A DNA stretch of 20,000 nt from a bacterium (lineage in GTDB: Bacteria; RUG730). The notes below the pieces were generated by a model. The model was not told where the DNA came from. It saw only the letters and a program-made list of their open reading frames with translations, and did not search any database. Location: the NCBI GenBank assembly GCA_031551405.1, contig JAVBNQ010000007.1, forward strand, positions 53,925 through 73,924, in the 5' to 3' direction. Numbering within the stretch: position 1 is the stretch's first letter; each line of letters opens with the position of its first letter. This document shows, piece after piece, positions 1 through 9,547 of this stretch. The position numbers and the translations under genes are program-made.

Positions 1-1
1 A

Positions 2-3000
2 GTAGAGTTTGTTCAGACCGGAATTATTCTAAATAAAACGACATATATTAATGACAACCAGTTATCAGTAAATGTTACTGTTGCTGACGATGCCGCAGTT
101 GGAAATGTAGATGTACGAATAATTAACGATGAGTACAATAACTTGGTTGCCAACAAAGTTTTCAGTATTGTCCCAAGGATTAGAGTTGAAAAAATTAATA
201 ACAATATTTTATATAGAGGGAAAGGTACAGCTTACGGAGATGATGTTATTGTTGAAATTATAGGAAGTAATTTCACGCTTAGTACGAGCTCAAACATTGT
301 TTCAGAATGTAAAGTTGAACTTATTGGCGCAGACAATGAAATTCAGGTTGTCAAAGTTGAAACAAAGAGCTCTGGAAATATTTTTGCTTATATAAAAACA
401 AATCAAACCGCAAAACTTGGCTTTGTAGATATGAAAATTATTTGCAATAGTGATAAACGAGAATTGATTGTTTCCAATGCTTTTGAAGTTGTAGACAAAA
501 TTAAAATCAACAATGTTACTCCATCGAATATAATGCTTCTAAAGAATGCATTTAATATCACAAATTCTGGAGCAGTAGCTACTTATTCTATAAGCGTTAC
601 TCACTTAACTCTTTCCGGAGTTGCGCCAATTTTGCTAGCTGGGAAAACAGTCGATCAGCTGATTTCGGCCATAAATGCTGAAGCTGGATGGACAGCAACT
701 CTTTCTAGCTCTCAAGCAGGAAGGCAGCCGGCTACATATTTAAAAACTGTTGGGACTACTGACGTTGCCAATGGTAAAACAAGCATAGCGAGCTTTACGA
801 AGAATGGTATTTTTGACAATAGTGGTAGTGAAGTTACTTTGAATATCGCAGGAAGTGGTTTCGCAGCCGGGATTAACGATTCAAAACTTTTATTTTCAGG
901 TAATGGCATTTCTATTACTAACACCAATTTTGTAAGTGATAAAGAATTAACTGCAAAAATTACATTTGATCCTGCGTTAATTTTAGCGGGTAAACGAGAC
1001 CTTACAATTACAAATTTAGATAATACTTTTGGAATCGCAGCCGGTATAGTCGAGTTTGTAGAGCCTCTTGAAGTAAGTCAAGTAAGCCCTCAGACTTTGG
1101 CTAGAGGTGCAGTAAAAGCTCCGATTACAATAAAAGGAAAAGGTTTTAGCGATAATTTATTGGTGACGTCAGGTTCCAGTTTGGTTTCTGTTTCAGATTT
1201 TAAATGCATAAGTCGTGACGAAATAAGCTTTAAAGTTACTATTGATCCAACATTTATATCGCCTACAAATATTTTTACTTTGAAAAGCGCGACTGGAGAA
1301 AGTGTTCCTGCATCGATAAATGTTGAGCAATTGCCGGTTATTACGAGCGTTGTACCTAACGAACTCGGACAAGGCGCTTCAACTTGGATTACAATAAGCG
1401 GTTATAAACTCGCGAATATAATAACGCTGAATAATATTTTGTTTAGTCAAAACGACATAAGTATTCTAGATATGAAAGATTTTTCAGATACTGGTTTCAA
1501 GGTGTTAGTGAATGTTTCAAAATCAGCTCAATTGGGAGACAAAACAGTAACTCTTAAAGATTTTGTTATTGGTAAAGAAAATACTAACTCCGGAGTACTG
1601 TCAATTGTTGCCGAGCCAAGTATAGTTTCATTTAATCCAGATACATTATTCTTGGGGAGCGTTGGAGAGATTATATTGAAAGGAAGCGGTTTCGTAAATG
1701 GAACCATACTTAAATTTTCGTCTCCGGATATAAAAGCGACAGGATACCAATTCTTTAATAATACTGAAATGAAAGCAACCTTGAATATAAGCAGCGTTAC
1801 AATTCCTGCATTATACGACGTTGAAATAGTAAATCCGGATAGAAGCAATAATTATTATTCCGGTCTATTTAACGTTGTTGATCCGGAACGTATAATTACT
1901 TCTAGTCCAATAATCACAGGAATAAGCGTAGCTGCTCTTACTCAAGGTGCCACCTACACAGTATTTTTGGAAGGTGAGAATTTCTTAAAAGGAACAAACG
2001 TATCTTTCAGTAATAACGACGGGTTATTTATTAGTAATATTAATGTTTTGGGAAGCAAGGATATAACGTTTGATATTTTTGTTTCGACGACTTCAAAAGT
2101 AGGTAAGCACGACATAAGCGTCATTACTAATAACGGCACTGTAACTGCGACTGGACTCCTCAATATCGTTTCGCCACTAAAACTGGATAGACTCGATCCA
2201 AAAGTCTTGTCAAGGGGAACAAAAAGTAGAGACGTTTGGATTTATGGAGCCGGATTTGATGATACTACCAAGTGTTTGGTGGATGGCGATGGTGTTACAA
2301 TAGAAAACACGTATTATTTAACGGACAAACTTTTACGTATTGTAGTAACTATAAGTGAGAGCGCGGTTTTGGGCACAAGGAAAGTATCGCTTGTCAATGG
2401 CAATGGCTCAAAAGTAGAAGTAGAAGGCGCGATTGATATTATACCAGCGGTGACTGTCACAAGAGTGAGTCCGGATAAAGTTGGAATTGGTTCTTTGTTG
2501 GAAAGAATTGAAATCGAAGGAACTGAATTCAGACCTAATTTGGACGTAAAAATACTTGGCTCCGGGGTTTCAGTCTCAAGCATAGAATTCAGAAGTGATA
2601 CTCAAGTAAACGCGTATATTTCTGTTAGTCAAGATGCTTCAGCGGGTTCACGAGATATTAGAGTTATTAACAAAGATGGAAATGAAGGAATTGGCAAAGG
2701 TGTTCTTACTCTAGAAAGTTTTGTAAAGGTTAATTCGATGGTAAGCGAAGGAGCGAATGTTAATTATTTTACGTTGACACCAGGCACAACACATCAAGAA
2801 ATAATCATTCGTGGTGATGGCTTTAGACTAGCAAATGATTTGGTGACAAAGCCAACTATCAGTTTTTCATTGCCATATTTAAGTATAGAACCAGGTACCA
2901 TGAGATTTATGAATAGTGCAGAATTGAGAGCAACATTGTGGGTGGATACAGGATCTGCTCATGGTGGAGATAAAGTGGACGTCCGAGTCACAAATCCCGA

Positions 3001-6000
3001 TGGAACAACAGGGCTTGGCAAAAATCTTTACATTATTTCTGAGCCTCTAGCATTGAGACAAGTGATCCCAAACATGCTAGGAGCTGGAGCACAAAATGAG
3101 ACGCTATCGATTAATGGACAAGGATTTATTGATGGAATAAAACTGGAGTTTTTTGAAAAAAATCACATTACAATTCATTCGATAAAATATATTAATGCAA
3201 ATCAAATAGAGGCAAAAGTTAGTATCGACGAAGCAATGACAGTAGGGTATGCTACTTTTAGCGTAATAAATCCGGGGAATGTAAAGCTTACAACAAGCAC
3301 ACTATTTAGTATTGAGGAATGCCCGGTGGTTAATCTTGTAACACCTGATCATTATGCTCAAGGCGCTCTCAATCAAAATATAAAGATTGGCGGAAGATTG
3401 TTTGATATAAATAGCACTACAGTCACAATAAGTGGCGGTGTAACCGTTGCTTCTACTACAGTGGAAAGCTCAACGTCTATTATCGTAAATGTAAGCGTTG
3501 ATAAAAGTGCTGCTGTTGGAGCTAAAGATATTATTGTTGAGTCTGGTGGAAAAGTTGGAATTGGTCGAGGAGTGTTTAAGGTCGTTGATGCTCCTACGAT
3601 TTTGGAAGTAATTCCTAATACGATTGCTCAAGGAGCGCAAAATAGAGTTATTGAAATAAAAGGGCGCGGTTTTGTTTCTAAGTCGTCTGTCACTGTCAAT
3701 ATCCCCGGTTTAGTTGTAAATAATGTTGCAATTTACAGTGGAGAGAAAATAAGTTTGACTGTGAGCGTTGACAGTATAACGAGTAGTCCAAATTATTATG
3801 ACATAAATATTGCAAATCCGGATGGAAGTTCTGGGGTAGGTACTAGAGTTTTGCAAATAAAAGAGCCGCCTACGCCGCCGGTCATGATTAGTATTATTCC
3901 TAAAATGATGGCAGCAGGATCAAGCAATCAAAATATAATCATCGAGGGACAGAATTTGCAAGATGGAATCAATATGATCATTTCCGGAGGAGGAGTAACC
4001 GTTTCTACTGTAAATCGTAGTGTAGAGAGTCCGTCGACTAGAGTTTATGCTACAATTTCGATTGATGCCGGAGCTGTTATTGGGAAACGAGATGTTTTAT
4101 TTGTGAATCCAGATGGCGGATTCAAAACATATGCAAAAGAGTTTGAAATTATTACAAATCCGGTCATAGATTCCATGGATCCAAGCGTAGTTATTAAAGA
4201 TACTACTACGGCAAAAACTATAAAAGAGATAAATATTATTGGAAAAGCATTTAGCGAATACAGCATAGTTGAATTTACCGGAGGTGGAATTACAGTTGAT
4301 AGCTTTACATTTGTTGGTGAAGACCACTTGAGGATCGACATTACTGTGGCTACTAATGCTTTATCCGGATATCGTGATGTGATAGTTAATAACCCATACG
4401 GAATGTCAGGTAAAAAAGAAGGTCTCTTTAGAATTTCTGAACCGGTTGTGATTACAAAAATTACTCCAAATCAAGCAAGCCAAGGCGTAATAAATAAAGA
4501 AATACGTATTGAAGGAACGAATTTTATGGAAGGCGCGAGTTTGGATTTCAGCGGTAGTGGAATTACGGTTTCATCGCTTAATGTTGTATCAAGTAGCTTG
4601 ATTTTAGGGCGACTGGATATTGCAGATACAGCAACCACGAGCAAACGTAAAGTTACGATCATTAATAGAACAGGCGCAAGTTCAATGGAATCTGGTACTG
4701 ATATGTTTGAGGTTACGCCAAAACCTTCGATTACAGAGGTTTATCCAAAATCGTTAGAGCAAGGCACAAGCAGCTGGATTACGATAAAAGGTAAAGGTTT
4801 CTATCAAGGAATGTTGGTTCAGCCGATTGTGACAGTTTCTGGCGAGGGAGTTTCTGTAAGTAGCGTACAATATAATGGAGAAGCAGATGTTCAAGCATTC
4901 GTGATTGTATCAAGTGTTGCTGTTAGAGGGATGCGAGATGTTATAGTTCAAAATACGGACTCGAGCTCGACGACTATCCGTGGCGAAGCGATGCTTGAAA
5001 TTATCGAGCTTTTAAATTTAAAAAGTATTAACTTAACAAAAATTCCTCGAGGTGATAAATCTAGACAAATTATTTTGAATGGTGGTGGATTTGAGGAAAA
5101 CGCAAAAATTACTTTCTCGGGAACAGGCATTACAGTTAGCACAGTTTCCTGGAAGAGCAGCAACCAGTTGGTCGCAGTAGTAGACGTTGATATTAATGCT
5201 GAGATTGGATTGAGAAGTGTAACAGTCGAAAATCCAAATACCAAAAAAGTAACGCTAAACAGTGTATTACAAGTTGTTGATCCAATATTTATTGCAACTT
5301 TGGAACCTAGCGAGCTTGGAGTGGGAGTTGCAGACAAAGAAATAAGAATTAAAGGAACAGGTTTTGAACCAAATTCTACAGTTGTAATTTCTGGGGATGG
5401 AATTGTTTACTCGACCGTGAGTTGTTCTGCTACTGAGATTATCTTAAAAGCGTCTGTAACAGTTAATGCGACTTTGGGTTTTAGAAGCATTGAAATTCAA
5501 ACTCCGGAAGGAAACAGAGGAAAACTCGAGAAAGCAATCAATATTATCAATCACATAAATATCACTGAAATTTCTCCAAAATATATTGAAAAAGGATTTA
5601 ATGGAACTGTTTACATTAAAGGTTATAATTTCGACGTTACCAGCGGAATAAAACCTGTCGTTCAAATCTCCGGTGATGGACTAGTTGTGGGCGTAGTTAC
5701 GGCGGTCAGCTCTACAGAGTTGCAAGTACACTTGACAGTTCAAAATACTGCTACTATAGGAACAAGAGATGTTACAATTACAAATGCTGACGGAGCAAAG
5801 GGTTTTGGAAAAGGCGGTATTGAGATCACAGATGCGCTTAGCTTTGCAAGGCTCGAGCCAAATAATCTCGGCAAAGGTGCAAAAAATGAAATTGTTTGTC
5901 TTTATGGAAAAGGCCTTGTCGAAGACACAAAACTGGAGTTTAGCTCGTTAGACGTGGTTGTTTCGTCATTGCAGTACATTAGTAACGATCAATTGAAGCT

Positions 6001-6931
6001 TACGATATCTATACCGGAAGCAGCAGCAACCGGAGCAGTTGACTTACTTATAAAAAATCCAAATAATATAAATGTTCCTATTGTGGGAGCATTTAGTGTT
6101 ACCGACTCTCCAACAATTACAAAAGTTGAACCAAGCGAAATTGCTCAAGGCGCACTTAATCAGGAACTCAAAATAACCGGAACAAATATCAGTGCAAATG
6201 CAACATTTGCAGTTAGCGGCCTTGGAGTAAATATTTCGAGCATGAACATAATTGATTCGCGTACTATGAAGGTATGGGTTAATGTTAAGAAAACGGCTAC
6301 AGTTGGCGATAGAGACGTTGTAATAACGAATACTCTTGCAGCGACGAGCTCTTTTGGTATTGGTAAAGGTTTGTTAAAAATAATTGACGGGCCAAGTATT
6401 GAAACAGTGTCTCCTGAAATCATCGCTCAAGAAGATGTCAATAGAATTATTGAGTTGAAAGGAAAAGGATTCAAACCTGGACTCAAGTTGGAAATTGTAG
6501 ATGCAGTTGGCGTTCACATTTCCAGTTTGAACTATGTAAGTAGCGAGATTTTGCAAATTTTGGTCAATGTTGATAATGATGCTCCGACGAGGGTTTATGA
6601 CATAAAAGTTACGAATTTGGATTCTGGACAAGATACGCGTTTTAATGCTATAAAAGTTGTCCACCCTCCTAGAGTCGTGTCTGTTAATACGCCAATCGTG
6701 CAGAAAGGCGATATTGAAAAAATGATTGAAATTACCGGAAATAATTTTGAAATGGGAGCTGCAGTTTATATTGGAGATATGACGACTAGTACGGTAACGT
6801 ATGTTTCATCTTCAAAATTGATAGTGAAAGTAATTGTTGCACAAAATGCAACCGAAGGCGCAAAAGATATTACTGTAATAAATCCAAACGGCATTGTTGG
6901 AATCGGAAAAAGTTTGATAAAAATAGTGGAA
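2..6931 (+). repeat. Protein-level tandem array of about 23 complete plus 1 partial Ig-like beta-sandwich repeats
   Basis: Counted by eye from recurring P-x-I...QG...G-x-GF...RDV-x-V-x-N-x-DG units. Repeats are divergent at DNA level. Confidence 0.8.
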
Positions 6932-8335
6932 AAAATGCCGATTATCAAAAATGTGACTTTAACATCTAAATCAATTGAGTACGAGAAAATTTCGTCTGCA
7001 ATTAATCCTTTATTAAACGGAGTAAGTTTTTATTATGAATTGGTGCGTTCTGCAAAATCAGTTGAACTTGCAATTTATAGAAGTTCAGAACTTCAGCCGG
7101 GTCAGGAAGTAAAACGAGTCATAAGAAGCAACTTACAAGCAGGTGTATATAACAATATTTATAATGCGGACAAAGTATTTTACTGGGATGGATCGATTGA
7201 GTACAAGAAAAAAGATGATGGAAGTTCTGATTTGAAGAAGGAAAATGGCGATTATAGGTGTGTAATAAGAATTACTTCCGACGAAGGACAGGTTGAAGAA
7301 TGGACGGAAACTATTACAGTTGATGTTGTAAACATTAACGATCAATATGTGGAATATACTTTGATGGGGCAAGAAAATGTAAAAGTTTCTCCTTATAAGT
7401 TGCATTATACATTGTCAAAACCTGCGTATACAAAACTTGAAATTGTAAATAGTTCAGGCACACTTGTTCGAGAGTTTGGCACTGAATTGTCAAGCAAAGG
7501 TGAGAATGTGAAGATATGGGATGGAAGAGATCTTAATGGTGTAAGGCTTTCAAAGGGTATTTATAAAGTTATTCTATCAGCATACGATACATCAAATCCT
7601 GTTGATGAAGCTAATATAAAGAATATCGCAATCTCTGTGGATCAATTAGTAGTAGCCGATGTAAAAATAGATTCTATCCGAGCAGACAAACCTGAAACCA
7701 CAATAAGTTTTGTTCCATCAGAAACCATGAGAGTAGATTTGGTGATCTACAAACCAAAAACAATGCTTGGAACAGCAACAAATGGATCAGGCACTGTTGT
7801 GCCAAGCCCATCTGGAACAGAAGTTAAGGTCTTCAACTTGTATGTTGAGAAGGGAACAACTTATCAAGTTACGTGGGGCGGGAAAAATGATAGGGGAGAT
7901 ATGCTTGTTGACGGTGATTATCCATTTGCAATTACGGGTAAAGACAGCCATGGTATCGTTATGGGGCAGCCTTACATTAGCGTTATAGCGATTAATAGAG
8001 CAGCTAATTTGGAAATGAGACGTGAGATGTTCAAGAAAAATTCGTATGCATATCCTAACCCGGTTGATTTCAAAAAAGTCAAAGTTGCAAAAATCAATTA
8101 TGGCATTAACAATATGTCGAATCTGAATTTGTATATTTATGATGTTTTGGGTAATATTGTCTGGGAAAAGCGGTTGGATAATGTGGATATAGGAGAGGGA
8201 CAAATAAATTGGGCTCTCATAAATAATGGCGGAAAAGAAGTTGGTCGTGGATTGTATGTTTATGTCCTGGAAGCAGAAGAAATAAATACCGGTAAAAAAT
8301 TAAAAACTACAAATAAAATAATGGTGATAAAATAA
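2..8335 (+). CDS. Giant Ig-like (IPT/TIG-type) repeat surface protein / putative adhesin with FlgD-Ig-like modules and T9SS-type C-terminal sorting domain; 5' end lies outside the window
   Basis: Frame is open from base 2 (VEFVQTGIILNKTTYINDNQLSVNVTVADDAAVGNVDVRIIN...), so the track start at 143 is internal; at least 2777 aa. About 93-100 aa repeats with consensus P-x-I-x2-V-x-P-x2-L-x-QG...I-x-G-x-GF...SG-x-G-I-x-V...A-x2-G-x-RDV-x-V-x-N-x-DG. C-terminus has three WDG/WGG...G-x-Y modules, then AYPNP...YIYDVLG...W...G-x-Y...KIMVIK. Confidence 0.9.
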   Translation, partial: VEFVQTGIILNKTTYINDNQLSVNVTVADDAAVGNVDVRIINDEYNNLVANKVFSIVPRIRVEKINNNILYRGKGTAYGDDVIVEIIGSNFTLSTSSNIVSECKVELIGADNEIQVVKVETKSSGNIFAYIKTNQTAKLGFVDMKIICNSDKRELIVSNAFEVVDKIKINNVTPSNIMLLKNAFNITNSGAVATYSISVTHLTLSGVAPILLAGKTVDQLISAINAEAGWTATLSSSQAGRQPATYLKTVGTTDVANGKTSIASFTKNGIFDNSGSEVTLNIAGSGFAAGINDSKLLFSGNGISITNTNFVSDKELTAKITFDPALILAGKRDLTITNLDNTFGIAAGIVEFVEPLEVSQVSPQTLARGAVKAPITIKGKGFSDNLLVTSGSSLVSVSDFKCISRDEISFKVTIDPTFISPTNIFTLKSATGESVPASINVEQLPVITSVVPNELGQGASTWITISGYKLANIITLNNILFSQNDISILDMKDFSDTGFKVLVNVSKSAQLGDKTVTLKDFVIGKENTNSGVLSIVAEPSIVSFNPDTLFLGSVGEIILKGSGFVNGTILKFSSPDIKATGYQFFNNTEMKATLNISSVTIPALYDVEIVNPDRSNNYYSGLFNVVDPERIITSSPIITGISVAALTQGATYTVFLEGENFLKGTNVSFSNNDGLFISNINVLGSKDITFDIFVSTTSKVGKHDISVITNNGTVTATGLLNIVSPLKLDRLDPKVLSRGTKSRDVWIYGAGFDDTTKCLVDGDGVTIENTYYLTDKLLRIVVTISESAVLGTRKVSLVNGNGSKVEVEGAIDIIPAVTVTRVSPDKVGIGSLLERIEIEGTEFRPNLDVKILGSGVSVSSIEFRSDTQVNAYISVSQDASAGSRDIRVINKDGNEGIGKGVLTLESFVKVNSMVSEGANVNYFTLTPGTTHQEIIIRGDGFRLANDLVTKPTISFSLPYLSIEPGTMRFMNSAELRATLWVDTGSAHGGDKVDVRVTNPDGTTGLGKNLYIISEPLALRQVIPNMLGAGAQNETLSINGQGFIDGIKLEFFEKNHITIHSIKYINANQIEAKVSIDEAMTVGYATFSVINPGNVKLTTSTLFSIEECPVVNLVTPDHYAQGALNQNIKIGGRLFDINSTTVTISGGVTVASTTVESSTSIIVNVSVDKSAAVGAKDIIVESGGKVGIGRGVFKVVDAPTILEVIPNTIAQGAQNRVIEIKGRGFVSKSSVTVNIPGLVVNNVAIYSGEKISLTVSVDSITSSPNYYDINIANPDGSSGVGTRVLQIKEPPTPPVMISIIPKMMAAGSSNQNIIIEGQNLQDGINMIISGGGVTVSTVNRSVESPSTRVYATISIDAGAVIGKRDVLFVNPDGGFKTYAKEFEIITNPVIDSMDPSVVIKDTTTAKTIKEINIIGKAFSEYSIVEFTGGGITVDSFTFVGEDHLRIDITVATNALSGYRDVIVNNPYGMSGKKEGLFRISEPVVITKITPNQASQGVINKEIRIEGTNFMEGASLDFSGSGITVSSLNVVSSSLILGRLDIADTATTSKRKVTIINRTGASSMESGTDMFEVTPKPSITEVYPKSLEQGTSSWITIKGKGFYQGMLVQPIVTVSGEGVSVSSVQYNGEADVQAFVIVSSVAVRGMRDVIVQNTDSSSTTIRGEAMLEIIELLNLKSINLTKIPRGDKSRQIILNGGGFEENAKITFSGTGITVSTVSWKSSNQLVAVVDVDINAEIGLRSVTVENPNTKKVTLNSVLQVVDPIFIATLEPSELGVGVADKEIRIKGTGFEPNSTVVISGDGIVYSTVSCSATEIILKASVTVNATLGFRSIEIQTPEGNRGKLEKAINIINHINITEISPKYIEKGFNGTVYIKGYNFDVTSGIKPVVQISGDGLVVGVVTAVSSTELQVHLTVQNTATIGTRDVTITNADGAKGFGKGGIEITDALSFARLEPNNLGKGAKNEIVCLYGKGLVEDTKLEFSSLDVVVSSLQYISNDQLKLTISIPEAAATGAVDLLIKNPNNINVPIVGAFSVTDSPTITKVEPSEIAQGALNQELKITGTNISANATFAVSGLGVNISSMNIIDSRTMKVWVNVKKTATVGDRDVVITNTLAATSSFGIGKGLLKIIDGPSIETVSPEIIAQEDVNRIIELKGKGFKPGLKLEIVDAVGVHISSLNYVSSEILQILVNVDNDAPTRVYDIKVTNLDSGQDTRFNAIKVVHPPRVVSVNTPIVQKGDIEKMIEITGNNFEMGAAVYIGDMTTSTVTYVSSSKLIVKVIVAQNATEGAKDITVINPNGIVGIGKSLIKIVEKMPIIKNVTLTSKSIEYEKISSAINPLLNGVSFYYELVRSAKSVELAIYRSSELQPGQEVKRVIRSNLQAGVYNNIYNADKVFYWDGSIEYKKKDDGSSDLKKENGDYRCVIRITSDEGQVEEWTETITVDVVNINDQYVEYTLMGQENVKVSPYKLHYTLSKPAYTKLEIVNSSGTLVREFGTELSSKGENVKIWDGRDLNGVRLSKGIYKVILSAYDTSNPVDEANIKNIAISVDQLVVADVKIDSIRADKPETTISFVPSETMRVDLVIYKPKTMLGTATNGSGTVVPSPSGTEVKVFNLYVEKGTTYQVTWGGKNDRGDMLVDGDYPFAITGKDSHGIVMGQPYISVIAINRAANLEMRREMFKKNSYAYPNPVDFKKVKVAKINYGINNMSNLNLYIYDVLGNIVWEKRLDNVDIGEGQINWALINNGGKEVGRGLYVYVLEAEEINTGKKLKTTNKIMVIK

Positions 8336-9303
8336 TGACAAAAAAAATTAAATTAACAATCGTTTTACTTTTACTTGTCTTATTTTTAAATGCTACTTTA
8401 TGTGCAAAACAGGCTAGCGGAACAACAGATTTTCAATTTTTGAAATTAGACGTAGGCGCTAGGACTCTCGCGATGGGAGGAGCATTTGCCGGAGTTTCTG
8501 ACGATATCTCTGCAATCCGTTATAATCCGGCGGGATTGCGACAATTGTCAAAAAAGGAAGCTTCTGCGACTCATATGGAATGGATTGGTGATTTGAGAAT
8601 TGAACATGTAGCATTTGCAATGCCATACAGCGTCAACAAAACTATAGGTACAAGTATTTTTTATATGACTACAAAAGACGACCTAATGGGACGTGATGAG
8701 TATGGAAAGCCTACGCATAATTTGAAGTTCGAACAAGTTTACGCAACTATTGGAGGGGCTACGCCTGTCGACCCGATGACGGAAAAGCTTTTAGTTGGTG
8801 GGAACGTTAAATATGTTCAGGAAACACTAGACTACAGTAAAAGTACAGGTCTAGCTTTAGATGCTGGATTATTGTGGAATACTCATGATAATATGAGTTT
8901 TGGCTTAGTGGTGAGAAATCTTGGCATTAGCGACGGTAATTATCCGCTAGAAATAAGATTCGGCGGTAGTTACATTCGTCGTAATTTAGGTTTGAGCGCT
9001 GATTTGTATAAATTTAGAGATACTGACGTAAATTATGCGATTGGAGCAGAATATTTTATCAAAGATATGTTTGTTGTAAGAGCTGGATATAATTCAAGCC
9101 TTGGCTCTCTTGGCGAGTTGAATGAGGATGAAAGTTTATCGTCTTTTTCAGATTATTCGTTTTCCGGCCTTTCTCTTGGATTTGGTATTTTGACAAAACC
9201 GCTTAGTTTTTTAAATAAGCATTCTTTAAAATTTGATTATGCGATTGTTGATTACGGAAGATTAGGATTCACGCATATATTTACTTTATCCACTGAATTT
9301 TAA
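8335..9303 (+). CDS. PorV/PorQ-like (UPF0164, FadL-superfamily) outer-membrane beta-barrel protein
   Basis: Signal peptide; family motif FLKLDVGARTLAMGGAF...DDISAIRYNPAGL; alternating beta-strand pattern; C-terminal Phe (THIFTLSTEF) typical of BAM substrates. Start overlaps the upstream stop (TAATG). Confidence 0.85.
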   Translation: MTKKIKLTIVLLLLVLFLNATLCAKQASGTTDFQFLKLDVGARTLAMGGAFAGVSDDISAIRYNPAGLRQLSKKEASATHMEWIGDLRIEHVAFAMPYSVNKTIGTSIFYMTTKDDLMGRDEYGKPTHNLKFEQVYATIGGATPVDPMTEKLLVGGNVKYVQETLDYSKSTGLALDAGLLWNTHDNMSFGLVVRNLGISDGNYPLEIRFGGSYIRRNLGLSADLYKFRDTDVNYAIGAEYFIKDMFVVRAGYNSSLGSLGELNEDESLSSFSDYSFSGLSLGFGILTKPLSFLNKHSLKFDYAIVDYGRLGFTHIFTLSTEF

Positions 9304-9308
9304 TAGAA

Positions 9309-9461
9309 ATGAAAGACAAAAAAGGGCAAGCTATTGTTGAATATGTGCTTTTGGTTTCGCTTGTAGCTTTAGCATTTGTGTCTACCACAGATTTTTTTAA
9401 CAAAGCTGTTGAGGCGCTTTTCACAAAAATCGGAAATTCTTTCGCTCAGAAAGGTCCGTAA
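9309..9461 (+). CDS. flp: Flp/Fap family pilin (Tad pilus subunit), copy 1, 50 aa
   Basis: Manual translation MKDKKG|QAIVEYVLLVSLVALAFVSTTDFFNKAVEALFTKIGNSFAQKGP*: basic leader, G|xxxxEY prepilin motif, hydrophobic helix. Absent from the ORF track, probably because of its length. Confidence 0.85.
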   Translation: MKDKKGQAIVEYVLLVSLVALAFVSTTDFFNKAVEALFTKIGNSFAQKGP

Positions 9462-9484
9462 ATAAATATCCCAAAATAAGAAAG

Positions 9485-9518
9485 CACTGAGTGACAGTTC
9501 AAATTTAGTCACACTGTG
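9485..9518. promoter_or_regulatory. Imperfect inverted repeat between the two flp genes (possible operator or mRNA hairpin)
   Basis: CACTGAGTGAC (9485-9495) and GTCACACTGTG (9508-9518) pair at 9 of 11 positions around a 12-nt spacer. Confidence 0.35.
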
Positions 9519-9536
9519 AAAAAATAAAAATTTCCT

Positions 9537-9543
9537 GAGGAGG
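9537..9543 (+). promoter_or_regulatory. Strong Shine-Dalgarno sequence for flp copy 2
   Basis: GAGGAGG ending 4 nt before the ATG at 9548. Confidence 0.75.
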
Positions 9544-9547
9544 AAAA

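Noticed and set aside
143-145. ORF-track start of the giant protein (TTG at 143)
   Set aside because: The frame is open back to base 2 and encodes the second half of a typical repeat. There is no signal peptide or RBS at 143, so the true start is upstream of the window.
6932-8040. FlgD-like modules as evidence of a flagellar hook-cap gene
   Set aside because: They are internal Ig-like modules of a giant exported protein, and no flagellar genes are present in the window.
13-8203. Many short minus-strand ORFs and two short alternative-frame + ORFs inside the giant gene
   Set aside because: Shadow ORFs of a long, biased coding sequence with no recognisable motifs.
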